DNA of 64,000 nucleotides from Escherichia coli (GTDB lineage Bacteria; Pseudomonadota; Gammaproteobacteria; Enterobacterales; Enterobacteriaceae): NCBI RefSeq assembly GCF_024223415.1, contig NZ_CP100500.1; one strand, 5' to 3'. Shown piece by piece: positions 61,988 to 64,000 of this stretch (position 1 is its first letter; each line of letters starts with the position of its first letter). The notes under the pieces were generated by a model. It saw only the letters and a program-made list of their open reading frames with translations, ran no database searches and was not told where the DNA came from. The position numbers and the translations under genes were made by a program.

Positions 61988-63463
61988 ATGTCTTTACAGG
62001 AAGAGGAACTCGTTTCCAGTCATGCCGGGCAGCCTGAGCAGGCATCGTCGCTGCTTGATCAAATCATGGCACAGACCCGTATTCAGCCCGGTTCGGAAGG
62101 TTATGACGTTGCCCGCCAGGGTGTGACAGCCTTTATTGCCAGCATCCTGCAATCCACTGCATCTGCCGAACCGGTCAATAAACTGGCCGTGGACAGCATG
62201 ATTGCAGATATTGATGAACGCATCAGCCGCCAGATGGATGTCATCATTCATGCGCCTGCCTTTCAGCAGGTCGAGTCGTTCTGGCGCTCACTGAAAACCA
62301 TGGTGGATCGCGTTGATTTCCGTGAAAACATCAAGGTCAACGTGCTTCATGTCACCAAGCAGGAACTTCTGGAAGACTTTGAGTTTGCGCCAGAAATTAT
62401 TCAGTCCGGATTTTATAATCACGTTTATTCGTCCGGTTTCGGACAGTTTGGCGGTGAACCCATCGCTGCCGTGCTGGGCGCTTATGAGTTCAAAAATACC
62501 GCGCCTGACATGAAACTGCTGCAATACGTCAGTGCCGTGGGCGCAATGGCGCACGCACCGTTCCTGTCCTCCGTTTCCCCGGAGTTTATGGGGCTGAACT
62601 CGTGGACCGAACTGCCTAATATCAAAGATCTTTATGCCATCTTTGAAGGTCCGGCCTACACCAAATGGCGCGCCCTGCGTGACTCGGAAGATTCGCGCTA
62701 TTTAGGGCTTACGGCACCCCGCTTCCTGCTTCGCCAGCCCTATTCACCAACAGATAACCCTGTTAAGAACTTTAACTATTACGAAGATGTCAGCCAGAAC
62801 CACGAAGATTATCTGTGGGGTAATACGGCCTGGATGCTGGCATGCAATATCGCAGACAGTTTTGCCAAATACCGCTGGTGTCCAAACATTATCGGTCCGC
62901 AAAGCGGCGGCGCAGTGAAAGATCTGCCGGTGCATCTGTTCGAAACGATGGGGCAGATTCAGGCCAAAATCCCAACCGAGGTGCTGGTCACCGATCGCCG
63001 CGAATTTGAACTGGCTGAAGAGGGTTTTATCACCCTTACCATGCGTAAAGACTCTGATAATGCAGCCTTTTTCTCTGCAAACTCGGTACAAAAACCGAAG
63101 CACTTTCCGGGAAAAGATGCAGAAACCAACTATAAGCTGGGTACGCAGCTTCCTTATCTCTTCATCATCAATCGGTTAGCGCACTACATCAAGGTGTTGC
63201 AGCGTGAACAACTGGGGTCATGGAAAGAAAGGAGCGACTTAGAAAGAGAGCTTAATACCTGGATCCGTCAGTATGTTGCCGACCAGGAAAACCCGCCTGC
63301 AGACGTGCGCAGCCGCAAACCTCTGCGCGCTGCCAAAGTTGAGGTTATGGATGTAGAAGGCGAACCCGGCTGGTACCAGGTTGCGCTAAGCGTGAGACCT
63401 CATTTTAAATTTATGGGGGCAAATTTTGAGCTTTCCCTGGTTGGCCGGTTAGACAGGGAGTAA
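61988..63463 (+). CDS. tssC: type VI secretion sheath large subunit TssC
   Basis: 491-aa ORF recognised as TssC (VipB family) from the translation. Confidence 0.9.
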   Translation: MSLQEEELVSSHAGQPEQASSLLDQIMAQTRIQPGSEGYDVARQGVTAFIASILQSTASAEPVNKLAVDSMIADIDERISRQMDVIIHAPAFQQVESFWRSLKTMVDRVDFRENIKVNVLHVTKQELLEDFEFAPEIIQSGFYNHVYSSGFGQFGGEPIAAVLGAYEFKNTAPDMKLLQYVSAVGAMAHAPFLSSVSPEFMGLNSWTELPNIKDLYAIFEGPAYTKWRALRDSEDSRYLGLTAPRFLLRQPYSPTDNPVKNFNYYEDVSQNHEDYLWGNTAWMLACNIADSFAKYRWCPNIIGPQSGGAVKDLPVHLFETMGQIQAKIPTEVLVTDRREFELAEEGFITLTMRKDSDNAAFFSANSVQKPKHFPGKDAETNYKLGTQLPYLFIINRLAHYIKVLQREQLGSWKERSDLERELNTWIRQYVADQENPPADVRSRKPLRAAKVEVMDVEGEPGWYQVALSVRPHFKFMGANFELSLVGRLDRE

Positions 63464-63469
63464 CACACC

Positions 63470-63883
63470 ATGATACCGGATCGGGAAAGAACCACAGGTT
63501 CTCTTTTTGAGCGTATGGAAGCCTCTTCGGCCAGAAACCGGCAGGGAGGCAGTATTCATTCGCTCAGGCAATCCATTCGCCAGAACCTACGAAACATTCT
63601 TAATACCCGGTCCGGTAGTTGCCGAGGTGCGCCTGAGCTGGGCATTGATGAACCGGAAGGGGCTGAAAACTTCCGCGAATCCATGAGTCGGGCCATCGAG
63701 CAATGTATAGAACGCTATGAACCCCGGATCTCACACGCTGAAGTGCAGGCAGTGGTTTCATCCGCCTCCAGCCCGCTGGATATGACGTTTCATATTACAG
63801 CCTGGGTGACATTTAACGAAACGCATGAGGTGCTTGAATTTGATATGGCACCGAATAGCAGCCAGCATTACCGGGTGGACTGA
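63470..63883 (+). CDS. tssE: type VI secretion baseplate protein TssE
   Basis: 137-aa ORF with GSLFERM N-terminal motif, in the expected position after tssC. Confidence 0.8.
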   Translation: MIPDRERTTGSLFERMEASSARNRQGGSIHSLRQSIRQNLRNILNTRSGSCRGAPELGIDEPEGAENFRESMSRAIEQCIERYEPRISHAEVQAVVSSASSPLDMTFHITAWVTFNETHEVLEFDMAPNSSQHYRVD

Positions 63884-63886
63884 CAA

Positions 63887-64000
63887 ATGGAATTTGAAGA
63901 ACGCTATTTTCGGGAAGAACTCGATTACCTGCGCCAGCTTAGCAAGCTGCTGGCAACGGAAAAACCCCATCTGGCCCGCTTCCTGGCCGAAAAAGATGCG
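63887..64000 (+). CDS. tssF: type VI secretion baseplate protein TssF (5' end only; continues past the window)
   Basis: ATG at 63887 opens MEFEERYFREELDYLRQLSKLLATEKPHLARFLAEKDA, a TssF-like N-terminus; truncated by the window edge. Confidence 0.7.
   Translation, partial: MEFEERYFREELDYLRQLSKLLATEKPHLARFLAEKDA

Overview
This window reads as an Escherichia coli chromosomal segment, in reverse orientation relative to the K-12 map as I recall it. Calls rest on reading the supplied ORF translations and the raw sequence; no searches were run. From left to right it holds: a cluster of redox and detoxification genes with LysR regulators (0.3-6.8 kb); ykgR and the Zur-regulated ykgM-ykgO ribosomal paralogs (7.2-8.1 kb); the ecpRABCDE common-pilus operon (9.1-16.0 kb); ykgJ and yagU; paoABCD (17.9-22.7 kb); a strain-variable block of MFS transporter, secreted hydrolase, LysR, SDR and LysR genes ending at thrW with no prophage inserted (22.8-29.4 kb); then the core run proA, proB, phoE, crl, frsA, gpt, pepD, prfH/rtcB remnants, yafP, dinB, lafU/lfhA remnants, rayT with REP arrays, yafL, dinJ-yafQ, yafK, yafJ, gmhA, fadE, ivy and yafV (29.5-51.4 kb). 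The right end (51.5-64.0 kb) is an accessory island: an H-repeat transposase fragment, a Sel1-repeat gene, a PAAR-Rhs gene with a low-GC C-terminal extension, vgrG and hcp, divergent from tssB, tssC, tssE and the start of tssF. The type VI secretion system itself is a known class; the most promising candidate for something undescribed is the unrecognised Rhs C-terminal domain with the adjacent Sel1-repeat gene, and that remains a hypothesis. Other notable points are a diverged tssC-like fragment between tssB and tssC, a two-part repeat of the ykgR flanks at 26.6 kb, and several deletion scars.
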